Of a stretch of 64,000 nt of DNA, positions 26,851-49,270 are shown in pieces (position 1 is the stretch's first letter; each line of letters starts with the position of its first letter). Source of the DNA: Chrysomallon squamiferum (Eukaryota > Animalia > Mollusca); the NCBI GenBank assembly GCA_012295275.1, contig CM022671.1, forward strand, positions 6,696,001 through 6,760,000, in the 5' to 3' direction. The notes under the pieces were generated by a model. That model had not been told where the DNA came from and searched no databases. It saw only the letters and a program-made list of their open reading frames with translations. Made by a program: the position numbers and the translations under genes.

Positions 26851-27830
26851 TATGTGCAGTTATTTGTCAGTATCACACAAAACGTATTAGAGGTAATTAA
26901 AAATAAGGACACCGGTTACACGTTGAATTAATTAACCAGATGGATTCGTCCGAGAAACAGTTACGAAAAGAATAATTTGATTTAGATGTAAATGGTCTGC
27001 GTTATGAATCTGTGTATCAAAGTAACATCAATATCAATTAAATTTAATGAAAATATTTATCATTGGCAATATAAATACAGCAAAACGCGGCATTTTCTTC
27101 CATTTTCTTCCATTTTCGTCTGTTACTTTCTTCCTAGTGAAAGTCAGCAGTGTATTTTATGAAGGTGAAAAATGTTGTTGTGAACATCACGCAAACAGAA
27201 GACGAGATGAAGAAGAAAAAAAAATTGAAAAAAATTCAGTTCATTATTACTTCCTTACTGCGGTTTCAGATTGCCAGTTTGATGTATCCTACTTGTCTAT
27301 AAATATCATATTATCTTTGTATATATGTAAATATAGTTACCGTTAAATGTACATATTTACCCTACTTGTGAAATAACACACTTCCTTATATTTATCTTGT
27401 ACTTAACTAAACATACATTTAAAAATATATTTCTTTCTTTTCTTTTCTTTGTTTTATTCAGAATAATTATTTCCGAGTAGTATTTACATCATTCACAGTA
27501 GCAGTAAGACATGAGCATTGAATATTATAATTAACCATCCATGGAACAGTTTTAATTTTAAAGAATTGGGATTATATTTTTTTTTATTAATTCACCTAAA
27601 ATATCTAAAAAAAAAGAAAAAAGAACCTAATCTTTGTCATAAAGTATTCATCGGCAGTTTGCGCACGTTCTCGGTTTACTGTAATATCTCATTATCAGCC
27701 GCCTTCTGAAGGACAGGCGAGTTCACGTTAAGTACCGCGAAATGAAGACGACGAACTGTTTGTTCAGGTCCGTTCCACCCTAGTATAATTGAGAAGCGGC
27801 AAACAACGATATCCATCTCTGCTGTATATC

Positions 27831-27921
27831 AACAAAATGGCGTCTGCTTTTCAGCTGCAAAATACACAAAGGAATGGTGGTCGCAGGAGGAAACTGAATT
27901 TGAGCGGTTTTACGTTTAAAC

Positions 27922-27930
<9 letters not shown>
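27831..27930 (+). promoter_or_regulatory. YY1-like motifs near the lectin-gene start
   Basis: AAAATGGCGT (27834) and AACATGGCGG (27919, overlapping the ATG) match the YY1 consensus AANATGGCG and lie in a locally GC/CpG-richer island. Confidence 0.4.
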
Positions 27931-35739
<7,809 letters not shown>

Positions 35740-35756
<17 letters not shown>

Positions 35757-36395
35757 CTCTGACTACATGCTCTACTGACTTTGACTACACGCTCTACTGA
35801 CTTTGATTACATGCTGTACTGACTTTGACTACACGCTCTACTGACTTTGACTACATGCTGTACTGACTTTGACTACACGCTCTACTGACTTACACTACAT
35901 GCTCTACTGACTTTGACTACACGCTCTACTGACTTTGACTACATGCTGTACTGACTTTGACTACACGCTCTACTGACTTACACTACATGCTCTACTGACC
36001 TTGACTACATGCTCTACTGACTCTGACTACACACTCTACTGACTTTGACTACACGCACTACTGATTTTCAATACATGCTCTACTGACTTTGACTACACGC
36101 TCTACTGGCTTTGACTACACGCTCTACTGACTTTGACTACACGCTCTACTGACTTTGACTACACGCTCTACTGACTTTGACTACATGCTCTACTGACTTT
36201 GACTACATGCTCTACTGACTTTGACTACACGCTCTACTGAAGTTGAGTACATGTTCTTCTGTCTAACTACATGCTCTACTGAATTTGAGTACATGCTCTA
36301 CTGATTTTGACTACATGCTCTACTGAATTTGAGTACATGCTCTACTGAATTTAACCACATGCTCTACTGACTTTGTCTACATGCTCTACTGATTT
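35740..36395 (+). repeat. 22-bp minisatellite (~30 copies) beginning in the last codons and stop of the lectin gene
   Basis: Unit ACTACATGCTCTACTGACTTTG. The first copy encodes N-Y-M-L-Y-stop. Confidence 0.95.
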
Positions 36396-38829
36396 TAAAT
36401 TCATCTTGCACTACACTTTGACAAGCTCTAACTACATTTTTATCGGAAGATTATTTTCCAATGTGAAATGGCGATAGACCAGTTCTTGTTTTAGAAAAAC
36501 AAAAATCTGAAAAAAGATCTTTCTTGACAAACTTGCTTTCAAAAATCATAAATATGTAAGTGACATGTGTTTGTACACAGATAAACGTTTGTCAATTCAT
36601 CACTGTTATCTGATTAACAACTTATCACGTCCCTTGTCCAAGTAATAACAGCAGACCACGCGGCTTTGATAAATATATTATATATAGCTTTAATCATATA
36701 CGTATATATACAATTAACTATGAATTACTGTTTACAATAATATTGAATCTATTATTTCTACTGTAATCATCATCATCATAATCATCATCATCATCATTAT
36801 TACTATTATTATTATTTGTTATTTTTACTATTATTATTATTACTTCACATATGCTTATAGAAACAAATCAACAACATAAAAATGAATCATGTATTTGCTA
36901 TTATACACACACGCACATACACGCGCGCGCGCACACACAATACTTGGAGACAGGACAGTTTGACATGGAGGACAGTGAAATATTTAAAATATTGTACAGC
37001 AGATGTAAACGATTTAATATAAACTGAGTAGAAGTGAGGTAAAATAGTTTACTCATTTCTTTACAAGTTAGCGTTCTTTTATCGTCTGTTATTAAATAAT
37101 ACTTTATTTTTTGTATTTTTTTTAATGATATTTACATTTGTTTGAAAACCTGATCTAAATGTAAATAAATTTAATACATGTATGTTATTTTGTACGAGTA
37201 ATTATTGATTTACAATAAAAAGAATAATAAAAATAAAACGAAATCAGAATTTTCTTTATTTGTTTAGTTGTATGACTGTCCGTCCATATCTGGATTTGTC
37301 TGTTATTATGTCTGTACATGAATCTGTTTTTTTGTCAGGTTGTCTTTTTGTCTACGTATCTGTATGCAAAGAGATGACCCAATTCAAGAACCGTAACTCG
37401 TGCTTGGAGAGAATACAACCGAAGTTTGAATACATTATTTTAGTACTTTCGTTAACTTTGCTAAATGTGCCTTCTAATCATTTATTTTTACTGAAAATGT
37501 TTACTGAACTAAACATAATTATAGTGTCAGTAGAAATAGGTAAACGAACTGAAATGCAATGTTTGCTTAAGTACATTATTTAAATAGTTAAAATATATTA
37601 ACTTTGCATAACGTTATGTGTAATTAGAAAAGAAAACACAAATTGTTGTAGCATTAATAATATTTTATTCCAAGCGAAAAAGAAAACAAACAAACAGACA
37701 AAAAGAAATGGAATAATCTCATGAAAAATGTAACTGTGATCATAATATTTTTATTTTCGTAAAGACATTTTTTTTAAAGTAAAAACCGGTTAGAACGAAT
37801 TTTTTAACGATTAGAATACTGTTCATCTGAAAGAATTGCGGAATCAATCACATAAAATTAAAGCAAAGATTGTAAAAAATATACTCATTCTGTAAAGTAA
37901 TTTTATATACATAAGTTATTCCACCAGTAAACGATTCATTTCAAGTCATTAATTTGACTCTTTCTTCAATATTCATAAAACACTGCAGAAGACTGAGAAA
38001 AGTTTATTAATTATTTAGATATGTTTTCATGATTTATTTCTGGGTTTTTTAATAAATATTTTCATAGAAAAAGAAAAAACAAAAATAATTTTGAATTTAC
38101 CTTTTGAATGTTTTCCGTTTTTCTTGAGCTTCTTTATGAAGTGTAAATGAAAAATGTATGCGTTTGATGTCCATAAAAAGTTATAAAAAAAAAAAAATCA
38201 TTTAAAATACTTTTTGACATGGGATGAAACCATATGAATATAAATTAATTACTTTTTTGTTATATATATATATATATATAAACCAAATAATGTTGTTTGT
38301 AGAATCAACTTTTATATAATAATAGACCAATATAGTAGTAACTTTGTTAACATGGAATGAAATTATATCTGATATATATATATATCTATATTTCTATAAG
38401 ATAGAAAATATATATCCGTCTAATGTTATATTGATACAATTCAACGTTTGCTTATAATAGTCCCGTAGAAATGAAAAGTTTCCAAACTGGGAATCAACCA
38501 TCGCATCCATAGTTATCTGTTTATATACACACAAAATAAATTGTAAAAAAACACATCATTTGAAAACTTCTAGTGGGAATCTAAAACAAAAAAGTTAAAC
38601 TTGTAGTGAAGAAAAAGTAAACTTAATAATTAATAAAAAAAAAATGAAATGAAAAAAAAGAATAAATCATTAACAAGTAAATGAATGAAAAAACAAATTA
38701 AATAAATAAATAAATAAATAAAACATTTACACGTATTCTTCATTTAATATTATTATAATTTTATTTATTTATTTATTTATTTATTTTTTTTTTTTTTTTA
38801 TAACTTTTTTTTTAAATATTTATTACTAA

Positions 38830-39785
38830 CTTGAAATTACTTTGGATCTTTAACTTTTTATCTGTGTTCTGTGAATAACATTTTAAATATGGGTTAATTA
38901 ACTGAGCGAATATGGATTATGGATTATGAAAATAATTTTAAAAATAAAAAAAAAATAAAAACAGAACCGAGGCGGAAAAAAATTATAAACTAATCATTTC
39001 AAATGTAAAAGTTTTCACAAAAAAATATAAAACAAACCAACTCAAAGGATTTAATCATCGAACATGAAAAACCTGCATCACAACAAACATTTTATTGATA
39101 ATAAAAATATTAATAAAATGGCTTTGAAGATTACAGTCAGTGTGAAATTAAATTCAATAGTATTATCCAAACAACGCTATTAGAATAATATTAGTATAAA
39201 TATATATATATATATATATATTTAATACTCTTTTCTCCTTTAGATTTTAATCAAACTCTGACTGCCAGTGTTTTGTGCAGTGCGCAGTAAATGATTAACG
39301 TAAATAATTAAAAAGGAAAGTCGGCGCCAGTTTATATATTTCTTTTATAAATTTTAGGTTGATGCAAATTTTCGAATGACTCTTTAATAGTATTTCTGCT
39401 CTTCAAGAATTACTTTTTAGTTCAGATTCATTATCATCTACAAATATATAGTTAAATATTAACGTTAGTATTACTGCTATTTGTTGCTAAGACAATAACA
39501 ACAATAAGAACAACAACAACTACAACTACTACTTCTTTTTCTGCTACAACAACAACTAACATTTCTAATACAAGTATTTCTCGTGGTAATATAACAAGTA
39601 CGATTTCTAGTAATAGTAACAAAAATAATAATAATAATGGTGATGATGACGACGACGATAATGATGATATGATAATGACAGTGATAATGATGATTATTAT
39701 CATTACTTATATATCAAATGCCATCCCACTTATTGCCAGTGTTACTACTATATTGGTAGTATTATTCTACTGTTACTGCTGTTAC

Positions 39786-39831
<46 letters not shown>

Positions 39832-39893
39832 TATTATTATAACGTAATGCCACTGCTACTACTGTTACTAACCTATAAATATTACTTATTGTT

Positions 39894-39924
<31 letters not shown>

Positions 39925-40292
39925 CACTATCAATCTACGGGTACTATTACTACTATTACTAGTATTAGTATTTCTTCTGTGTGGCTGTTTTACTATTAAT
40001 ATTATTATTACTTTTCAGAACAACATTTTTGAGTACTTTATTTTTCATTCCACTTATTGAGTGTTGAAAGTGTAACGACTGCATTCTAGAAACAAACCAG
40101 TAGAAGTGATATCTAATTCCACAGAATTAGAAGATTTAAAAATGCAGTTAATCTTAACAACAACTACAACAACAACAGTAATAGTAATAATAATGATAAT
40201 AATAATGAGATAATGATGATGCTAATGATGATTATCATGGTAAAAAACAAGCATTACTTTGAAATAAATAAAATAAATGATATATTTATATT

Positions 40293-40327
<35 letters not shown>

Positions 40328-40690
40328 CGGTCATTCCGAACACAGTGATTATTATAAGCATAATTATACTCATCATCATAAACACTATTGTTATTATTAT
40401 CATCTTCACCATAATCGTCATCATCATTATTAAAAGATAAAGTCAAAATTAATGAAGTAATAATAAAAATAAAAATGCAATTATACCAAATATCATACAG
40501 ACACTGTTACACTGTCAGAAATAAAACTGTAGTTTAGGAATAAACACAATATTATTTCAATATGTTTAACAATTGTAATGCAATAATCGAATGTTTCATG
40601 TGTATTAGTTTATTACTATAATTGTCTAAAACAAATATACAGTACCAACCCAGAAACTAATTACACATCTGAGAGGGAACTATTGAGTCA
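38830..40690. repeat. Paralogous 3' flank of the 7TM genes (segmental duplication unit)
   Basis: Homologous to 44800-46900 and ~50700-52110 (both inverted) and to ~57760-58330 and 60200-60420 (direct). Shared blocks include AAATGTAAAAGTTTT, AAAGGATTTAATC and GAAATTACTTTGG. Confidence 0.8.
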
Positions 40691-40844
40691 TTCACATCTG
40701 TCGTTTTTGTTTCACTATTCCCATGGTACATAGAACGTACTGCACGATATTCTCGAATCGTTTGAGCAAGATATAGAGGAAGTGGCTATTTTTTTCTCCG
40801 TTTTGTTTAAAATACAAAATCCTTTTCTTAATTTTCTCGTGTAA

Positions 40845-41825
40845 TTATTGGTTTTCTCCTCTCATTTGAAAATCATTTGTTGTTTTTATAACGCTAACTC
40901 CTGTACTTTGTTGTTTGTCTGTGTTTCCAGTCGGCACGGCTTTCACAGAAGGATCTTTGGTAGTTTTACCGCTTGTGTTTTTTAGGCAAACGTGACAACA
41001 CATGTTCATCGCGGTATATCTGAAATTGCGCATCAGAATTAAGTAGCCAACTGGTTTCATCAAGTTCCAGAAAAAGTAGGCAACAATCATTGATATCATT
41101 GCTCGGATATCAACGATGTGAAGGGAGAAAACGATGTGAAATGGCAACTCTGTCACAATGTACGTGATGAAAATGATGGTGTTGAAATTAGCCAACCGTA
41201 TTTTGTTTTCTGTCGTTTGCTTAACGTTAGAATGAGATAAAACTGCAGCATTTTTATGTCTGGTTATTTTTATCATACATGCAGTAATCACAGTCAAAGG
41301 AACAGCAGCTCTACTTGTCATGCTAAGAGCCCCAACCCACCAGTTCGTTGAAGTGTAGTTAGGATCAAGTCTCTTCGATTGTTCATTCTCCGTGTAAAAA
41401 GTTCCTTCTAAATAAACATAACACAACTCCAAAGGAACCAAGAGCCAGATTACTGTCACATATATCTTCACTCTCTTCATTGTAACATACACAAGATATT
41501 TCAGAGGGTTGCATATAGCAATACACAAGACTATACTTAACCCCATCATAGAGAAACATTTAACGGATGCTAAGGCAGGTACCAGAGCATAAGTGAAGAG
41601 AAATTTTGACCTGATGATAAATATTACTGTATTGATTTGAAACATTATGTCTGACACAGCTTCGTTAACCAAGAACAGACCAGTAACTCCAGAGGTCATT
41701 GCAGATTTTACAAGAATGACCAGTGTGAAGACACTCGTTGAAAATGTAAACAGTATAACAGAACTGCCCCCTGCAATAATGCCGTTAGATAAAACGTCAG
41801 AGGAATCGGTTACGTTCACCGACAT
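40845..41825 (-). CDS. Intronless atypical 7TM class A-like receptor (putative chemoreceptor), copy A1, 326 aa
   Basis: Seven hydrophobic segments, N-terminal NVT sequon, FLVNEAVSD (TM2), SIVLCIAICNPLKY (TM3/ICL2), VIWL (TM4), LPFH (TM6), KPVGY (TM7) and MRNFR...CC (helix 8). Two intact paralogs lie in the window. Confidence 0.85.
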   Translation of the reverse strand: MSVNVTDSSDVLSNGIIAGGSSVILFTFSTSVFTLVILVKSAMTSGVTGLFLVNEAVSDIMFQINTVIFIIRSKFLFTYALVPALASVKCFSMMGLSIVLCIAICNPLKYLVYVTMKRVKIYVTVIWLLVPLELCYVYLEGTFYTENEQSKRLDPNYTSTNWWVGALSMTSRAAVPLTVITACMIKITRHKNAAVLSHSNVKQTTENKIRLANFNTIIFITYIVTELPFHIVFSLHIVDIRAMISMIVAYFFWNLMKPVGYLILMRNFRYTAMNMCCHVCLKNTSGKTTKDPSVKAVPTGNTDKQQSTGVSVIKTTNDFQMRGENQ

Positions 41826-42109
41826 CGTTGTTTCTTCCTCAGTATTAATATACGACTTGTCCTTTTATGTCAAAATATAAACTTTCCTGTTTTCACGCTG
41901 ATGTAGTACAGGTGAATCAAAAACGCAATTCTTCCTTTCTGGTGAATATCTTTTAAAAATGATTATTCGTTGAAAATTATCCTTATAAACAAAAAACAAA
42001 AAAATCGATTTTTCATATCGATATTATATTCTTTATATATATTTTTTTTTGGGGTGGGTGGGGGGGTGGGTTCTGTCTTCTTGAAAAATGTTTACGCGTT
42101 TCACTACTA

Positions 42110-42185
42110 ATTTGGTGAGAGAAATGTGACTACGCTAATCTTTTCATCTTTTATATTCTACTTACCTGTGTTTCTCATTGTTTCT
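42110..42185 (-). promoter_or_regulatory. Core promoter of 7TM copy A1 (CAAT-TATA-Inr)
   Basis: Minus strand ACAATGAGA...TATAAAAG (42155-42148)...TCACATTTCTCTCAC, homologous to the A2 and A3 upstream modules. Confidence 0.55.
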
Positions 42186-42597
42186 CCTGACATTTTATTG
42201 ATCATTGGTAGTTCCCTACACTCTAATCACCAAAGTGTATAATGTATATAAGTATGTTGTGTGTGTGTGTGTGTATATGTGTTTGTGCGTCTGTAGGTTT
42301 TTCAATAATATAATCAATATATATACGTATACATACAAATCTATAAACACACTCACATACATACAAACAAGCACACGTATAGGTAAAAAAAAATGCGTCA
42401 AATTTGTCATTAAATGTAAATCAAATGAAATAAAAACGGAAAATGTTATAACTTTTCTTACGCTATTTTATACGATATATATTGTATGTCTAAAGAAACC
42501 AGTAACTTTACATACATACACAATTTAGTGATTAAAGTATAGGGAATTACCAATTTTTAAATAAAAAGCCGTGATGTTATTATCTATCGTTATGAAG

Positions 42598-42654
<57 letters not shown>

Positions 42655-43472
42655 CACACACACACACTCTAGTATTTGTCATTCTACATACCTACCTAAC
42701 TACTTTCTTATCTCGCGCGATTATTTGTTTACCTGTGTATATGAATGTGATGGGAATTAAAAAAAAAAACAAGCAAAAAAAAAAAACAAACAAAAAAAAA
42801 AAAAAAAAAAAACAAGAAAAAAAACAACAACAACTTATTAGCGAAGAGAGATTGAACTTAAACACTTGGCATGTGAGGTTCAGAAACAAACAATAAAACA
42901 GGATTTCCTTTCTTTAAATATATTTAAGCTTCGTTTTTAAAAACAATCTGAAGCGAAATAAATAAACTATTTTATTATAACAATGAAATGATGGTCTTTG
43001 CAGTTTAAACTAATTCTAAATTCACACGTAATCACAGTTATCTGAACTGTGTGATAACTTTTACTTACTGAGTTGAACTGAAATCGATAATACATGAAGA
43101 AAACCAAATGAGATATTTGTTTGAAAAGATAAGACATGAGTCAACCATCAGACAGACATGTGGTGATCAAAGTATTATTTTCCAGCTCATATAAAGAAGA
43201 AAGAAAGGCTTTGAAATATGATGACAACAGAGACTAATTTAAACTATTGCGGACATAATAGTCGATTAATTGATGAATACTGTGGAATACAACACGAGCA
43301 TGTAACAATAATATAAAAATAAATAAATAAATAAATAACTAGCAATATTTTGTTAATAATCTCGCTTTATCTCCAGTATTAACACAACTCGTACAATACA
43401 CAGACTCACTCACTTCGCCAGTGATTCTTCTGATGTTTAATTTATCCTCTCGTGTCCTGTCCAGAAAAATTT

Positions 43473-43742
43473 TTATTTAACAGAGACAAAGGCAGCAACC
43501 AAAGCCATTACGAACATTGGTTTTGACCTGTAGAAACTAGCTTCTTGAAATGTCCCAGTGTTTAAGAGTAACATCACGTCGGACAGAAGCTACTTTGTCA
43601 TAAATTGGCCAATGACACGGAAACGAGTACTGGATTTTGAAGCAGTCATCATCATCATCATAAAGATGTTTAAAAATCAGCTGTTTGTTATTATGGTACC
43701 CACAGAAAAGGTATCAGAGATATTAGTTACAATCATTATCAT
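43473..43742 (-). pseudogene. 5' fragment of 7TM receptor pseudogene (subfamily B, B1)
   Basis: Minus strand reads MIMIVTNISDTFS...NS*FLNIF...VIGQFMTK*LLSDVMLLLNT...MALVAAFVSVK*. It is homologous to TM1-TM3 of the intact copies, with three stops. Confidence 0.75.
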
Positions 43743-44799
43743 GCTGAAAAAAAAATTCTTCAAAATTAATATGGCATCCATTCGATTTTCGAAAAGAATT
43801 TTAACAGGCTGTACACTTATGCACGAAAAATATGAATAGATATTAAAATATCGTTTGAAAACAGAAATATTGTTGTTGTTCTTTATAGGAAAAAACCCAC
43901 ATAGACACTGTTTTGTTGTTGTTGTTTATGTGTGTTTATGTATGTATGTATATATGTATGCATGTATGCATATATGTATGTATGTATGTATGTATGTATA
44001 TATGTATGTATTGTTGTTCTTTATTGGAAATACCCTCAGGGAAATAATTTTTAATTTTTTCTTCAGTTTTTTTCTGTTATTTCGAAAATGTTTCAAATCT
44101 ATCTTCTTATACATCGAAAACTTTTTATATGTAATTATGTGTGCATATGAGCTGCATATGTATGTATGCGTATGTGTGCGTTTGTGTCGATGTATATTTG
44201 CGTGTTTGTGTGACTGTGTACGTATGTGTATGTATCAATGTCAATAGATGATCTCTAGATTTCATTGCTGCTATTGTATTACTAAAGAAACACAGATCTG
44301 TGTCTAGGTTTATCAACAATAAAATCACGAAACGCCTTTTTATCTCTATATATAATATTAAGCGTTTTATAATTTTACATTTCTTATATCACCTGTTAGA
44401 AAATGGATAACTGCGGTATCTAGTTTTCATTATAGAGAGGAAGGTTTTAGAGTACAGAGTTATTTCCCTTGATTTACAATCGGAACCGAAAACAATTTGT
44501 TTAAATACTTGGGTTTCGCATAATCTGGACTAAGATGACTAAAAATATTAAACAGTGAAACAAATGGCTAGTATTATTTGCTTTTGTTTTTTCTTATATC
44601 CTATTGTTGTTTTGATTTCATACATGCATGCATACATAAGTACGTACATTGGTAAAAATTAACGATTTCAGTCGCTGTGTTCTTAAGAAGAAAATATAAT
44701 ATATGTGTGTGTGTGTGTGTCAAATTTTTCATTAAAAGTAAATAAAATTTAAAAAAAAAATGTTTTATAATTTTGCTTGTACGATGTTATACGACGTAT

Positions 44800-45278
44800 A
44801 TTTAATGACTCAGTAGAGCACTCTCAAATGTGTAATTAATTTCTGGGTTGGTATTGTATATTTGTTGTAAACTAATACATATGACACATTTATTATTACA
44901 TTACAATTATTAAACATACTGAACTAATGTTTTGTTTATTTCTAGACTACAGTTTTATTTTTGACAGTGATTCAGTGTCTGGATCATTTTTTGTGTTGTT
45001 GCAGTTTTATTTTAATTATTAGTTCTTTAATCATTGCTGCATTAATATTAAGTATTCCTTCTAATTATGATAATGATAATCATGATGATGGTGAAGATGA
45101 TCATAATAACAATAGTGATTATGATGATGAGCATATTTATTCTTATAATAATAATTATGTTCAGAATGATCATGATGATTATGAATAGGTATATAAACAG
45201 AACTAATGTGTATCGCAGTTATAAATAAATAAATAATATAAAAATTGTACTGATATATATATATATGTGTGATTGTGT

Positions 45279-45349
<71 letters not shown>

Positions 45350-45744
45350 ACTAATTTAATGCTTCTACATTTAATATCGTAATCATCATCACCATCATCA
45401 TCATCTCGTAATTATTATTATCATCATTATTATTATTATTGTTGTTGTTGTTGTTAAGTTTAACTCGATTGTTATCAGTTTAGACTAAATCATTTCTTAA
45501 CAGTTAAAGAAAATAACGTCAGTTATCGTCAGCTTATGCTAAATTTTTTAATCCCTGAAAAGTTATCTAGAATCAGCTTTGTACACTTTCAACATTTAAT
45601 AACTGGACTAAATAAAAAGTGCTCAGAATACTTGTCTGAAGAGTAGTGATAACATTTGGTTACTGAAATTTGTAGTAGCAGCAGTCGCTGCAGCAATATT
45701 AATACTAGTTGTGCAGTAGTAGTAATAGCAGCGGTAGTTTGATT

Positions 45745-45778
<34 letters not shown>

Positions 45779-46060
45779 CAGCGGTAGATTGATAGTTGTA
45801 GTAGTAGTAGTAGTAGTAGTAGAATACGTAGCATGCGTAGGTTAGTAACAGCAGTGGCAGTGGGATATCGTTTTGGTGTAATAAAAGTAATAAATAAATT
45901 GTGGTAGTAGTTGTAGTAGTAGTTGTAGTAGTAGAAGTAGCAGTAATGTAATAGTGATAGCATAAAGCAGTTGTAGCAGTAGCCGTGGGATGGCATTTGA
46001 TATATAAATAATGATAATAATCATCATCATCTTCATTATTATCATTATCATCATCATTAC

Positions 46061-46096
<36 letters not shown>

Positions 46097-46900
46097 GAGA
46101 AATGATACTTATTGTATTAGTAGAAGCAATACCTGTAGTATAAATATTAGTAGTAGTAATAGTAGCAGTAGTAGTAGTAGCAGAAGTTGTTGTTTTAGCT
46201 ACAATAGCGATAATACTAGCATTAATATAATACTATGTATTTGTACATGATTATCAATCTGAACTAAAAAGTTATTCTTGAAGAATAGAAATACTATTAA
46301 ACAGTTTGCATAAGCATAATATATAAAAGATATTTAATATGAAATATGTAAACTGTCGCGGATTTTCGTTTTTAATTATTTACGTTAATCATTTTCTTCA
46401 TACTGAACAAAACACATCAGTCACAGTTTGATTAAAATCAACGCAGAAAAGAAGGCTAAAAAAAAATATACATATATTAACTAATATTTTTTTCTAATAG
46501 CGTTGCTTGGCTAATAATATTGAATTTAATTTCCGATCGATAGACTGTAATTTTCAGAGCCATTTTATTAATATTTTTATTATCAATACATTTTTTTATT
46601 TTTTTGTTGTGATATAGGTTTTACATTTTCGATGATTAAATCCTTTCAGTTGGTTTGTTATATATATTTTATTTTTTCCAAAACTTTTACATTTGAAATG
46701 ATGAGTTATACTTCTGTTTTTCTTTTTTCTTTATTTTTCTTCTTCTTATTTTTATTTTTATAATCCATAATCCGCTTTCGCTCAGTTAATTAACACAGAG
46801 TATTGCGAAAAAAAAACCAACATATTTAATAGGCTATTCACAGAACACAGATAAAAAAGTAAAGATCCAAAGTAATTTCAAGTTAGAAATAAATATTTAA
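44800..46900. repeat. Orphan inverted copy of the 7TM 3' flank
   Basis: Reverse complement of ~38830-40690 (e.g. TGTGTAATTAATTTCTGGGTTGGTA vs TACCAACCCAGAAACTAATTACACA), but no receptor CDS precedes it. Confidence 0.8.
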
Positions 46901-47417
46901 ACAATAATTAAAAAAGAAAGAAATAAAACGAAAAAATCATAATATTAAATAAAGAATACGCATTAATATTTGTTTAAATGATTGTTTTCATTTATTTATT
47001 TATTTATTTGGTCATTCATTTACTTGTTATTAATATGTTTATTTATTTCTTTTTTTATTTTAGTTTCTTTAAATTATATAAAAGTTTATTAGACAAGTCA
47101 CAACAAGTATTAAGTTTTGTTTTTTAGGTTCCGTACAGATTCTTCAAATAAGCTTTTGTTATAATTTATTATGCTTCTTATTTTTTGTAAGATAAACAGA
47201 GCAATTGAAATAAGATTTGTTTTATACCAGTCTGTTTGGAAGTGCAGAGACACCAAGAAAACAGTAAATTCATTAATTCAGAGTATTTATTTATTATTTA
47301 ATGTTAGATGTGCTTTTTCAGGCAAGAAAAATTTCATATTGAAAATCAACACACATAAAAACATATTGTTTGTTGTTTTTTGTGGGGTTTTTTGTTTTTA
47401 TATATATATATATATGT

Positions 47418-48022
47418 GCGTGAACTAGCTAAGCGAATTTTGATTTCTCTTGTTCTATTAACATAAGAACTGGTTAAAACTGAAGCATTTTGATGTTTGC
47501 TGAGTTTTGTGTGTGATACTTACAGTAACTACACCTGGCAAGTTAAGAGCCCCAGTCCACCAGTTCTCTCAAGTTTAGTATGTTGGAATGTTCATTCACC
47601 TGGTAAAACGTTCCTTCTAAATAAATATATGACTACAGGAACGAACAGCCATGTTACTATCAAACACATCTTCACTCTCTTCTTTGTAACATGAACGTGA
47701 TTTTTTAACGGGTTGCATACAGCAACACAGAGGATGACGCTTAATCCCATCAGAGAAAAACATTTAACAAAGACAAAGGCTGCAACCAAAGCCATTCCAA
47801 ACATTAGGTTTGGCTCGTAGAAATGTCGCAGTGTTTAAGTGTCACATCATTTCTGTTAAAAGCTCATTGGCCATAAAGTGGTCTGTAACAACGTGAAGCA
47901 TCGTGGATTTTGCAAGAATTATTACCATGAAAATGTTGCTTATATCTAATACAACACAGATTCTCGCCACTAAATTATCCTTAGAGATGAAATCAGAATT
48001 ATTAGTTACATTCACCTTTCAA
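47418..48022 (-). pseudogene. 7TM receptor pseudogene (B2)
   Basis: Contains MALVAAFVFVKCFSLMGLSVILCVAVCNPLKNHVHVTKKRVK. It starts at a degraded VNVTN and ends after a KIRLA remnant, with frameshifts and deletions. Confidence 0.8.
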
Positions 48023-48237
48023 GTAGTATATTAGTAGCTGTTCACTGTAGACGGAATATATTATTAGATGCTATTAAAGTATTTGAAAACGAAATATATT
48101 TTTATGCTTTATAGGGAACACTTTAAATTTTGATTGTGTTGTTTCAGTCTATGTCATTCAATTACTCTAACTGGTTCTATTATTTGGAAATTACATGTCA
48201 TATTATCTTATTATTCACCAATAAATAGTGTGTGTGA

Positions 48238-48270
<33 letters not shown>

Positions 48271-49189
48271 CTGTGATGATGCCTGTATATCTCTGTTTAT
48301 ATGTATGTTTCTATGAGTGTGTGTCAATGAACACGCATTTTATTTTTTAAATTTCAGCAGTTGGTCGCTGGAATTCATTTATATCCCATTTTACTACAGA
48401 ACTGACAGAGAAATACCGGACTATATCTAACTATGCCATCAGCAAGATCATAAAACGCAATAATCTCTCTATGTATATATATGTATTATGATGAAATCTT
48501 GACAATTACAGACAATATATTGATTATTTGTCTTTCACATATCATTAAGCGTTACCATAAATTTATTCTCTTTATTAATAATATGCATTAAATATGTTAT
48601 GATCTGAATATTTTTTTTTTCCCCGAGTTATGATGAAAACAGAAATTTATAACTGATTAATATTGTCTTTTGTGTTATTTTTTTGTTTTTGTTTTAAAAT
48701 ATTTCTTCACCATTTCACCTTGGTGCATAATGGTAGTACTAAAATAACTTACATTTATTATATGCTATAAGCAGGACTGTATAATTTAATAATAAAAGGT
48801 TAGACAGTTTCAGGGAACTGTATGTAAATGATTTGAAGGGATAATACTTAATTTCTGAGTAAATCAAACATTGTACATGCTACCTGTATGTTGTGAGGAT
48901 TATACATAATTCCTGATTATACATATTCGCTGTCTGTAATATTCTCTACAAAAACGTATGTGCATGTGTGTGTGCGTGTGTTTATGAACATGATAGGAGA
49001 TAATGCAACGTTGTTTCAAAATAAAACGCTTAATAATAAACAGAGATTTAACTCGGGGCGTGGTTTGGTTCAGAAACAAACCAAAAATATAATAAGAAAG
49101 ATAGACCCCATCTGTTTCAATCAAACAAATGACCACTGGTTTAATATATACGTCAGTCAAAATTCTCATATATAATTTTATTTAACACG

Positions 49190-49270
49190 TTAACCAATGA
49201 GAAGAATAGGAAAGTAGAGTATAAAAGATGAAAAGATGAGCAAAGTCTCATTTCTCTCACGAAGTAAGTA
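49190..49270 (+). promoter_or_regulatory. Core promoter of 7TM copy A2 (CCAAT, TATA, Inr, tiny first exon)
   Basis: CCAAT at 49194, TATAAAA at 49220, and TCATTTC Inr-like element with +1 A at 49250 (30 nt from the TATA). A GAA|GTAAGT donor follows at 49264, with a candidate acceptor TTTTCAG at 49452. Confidence 0.6.
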
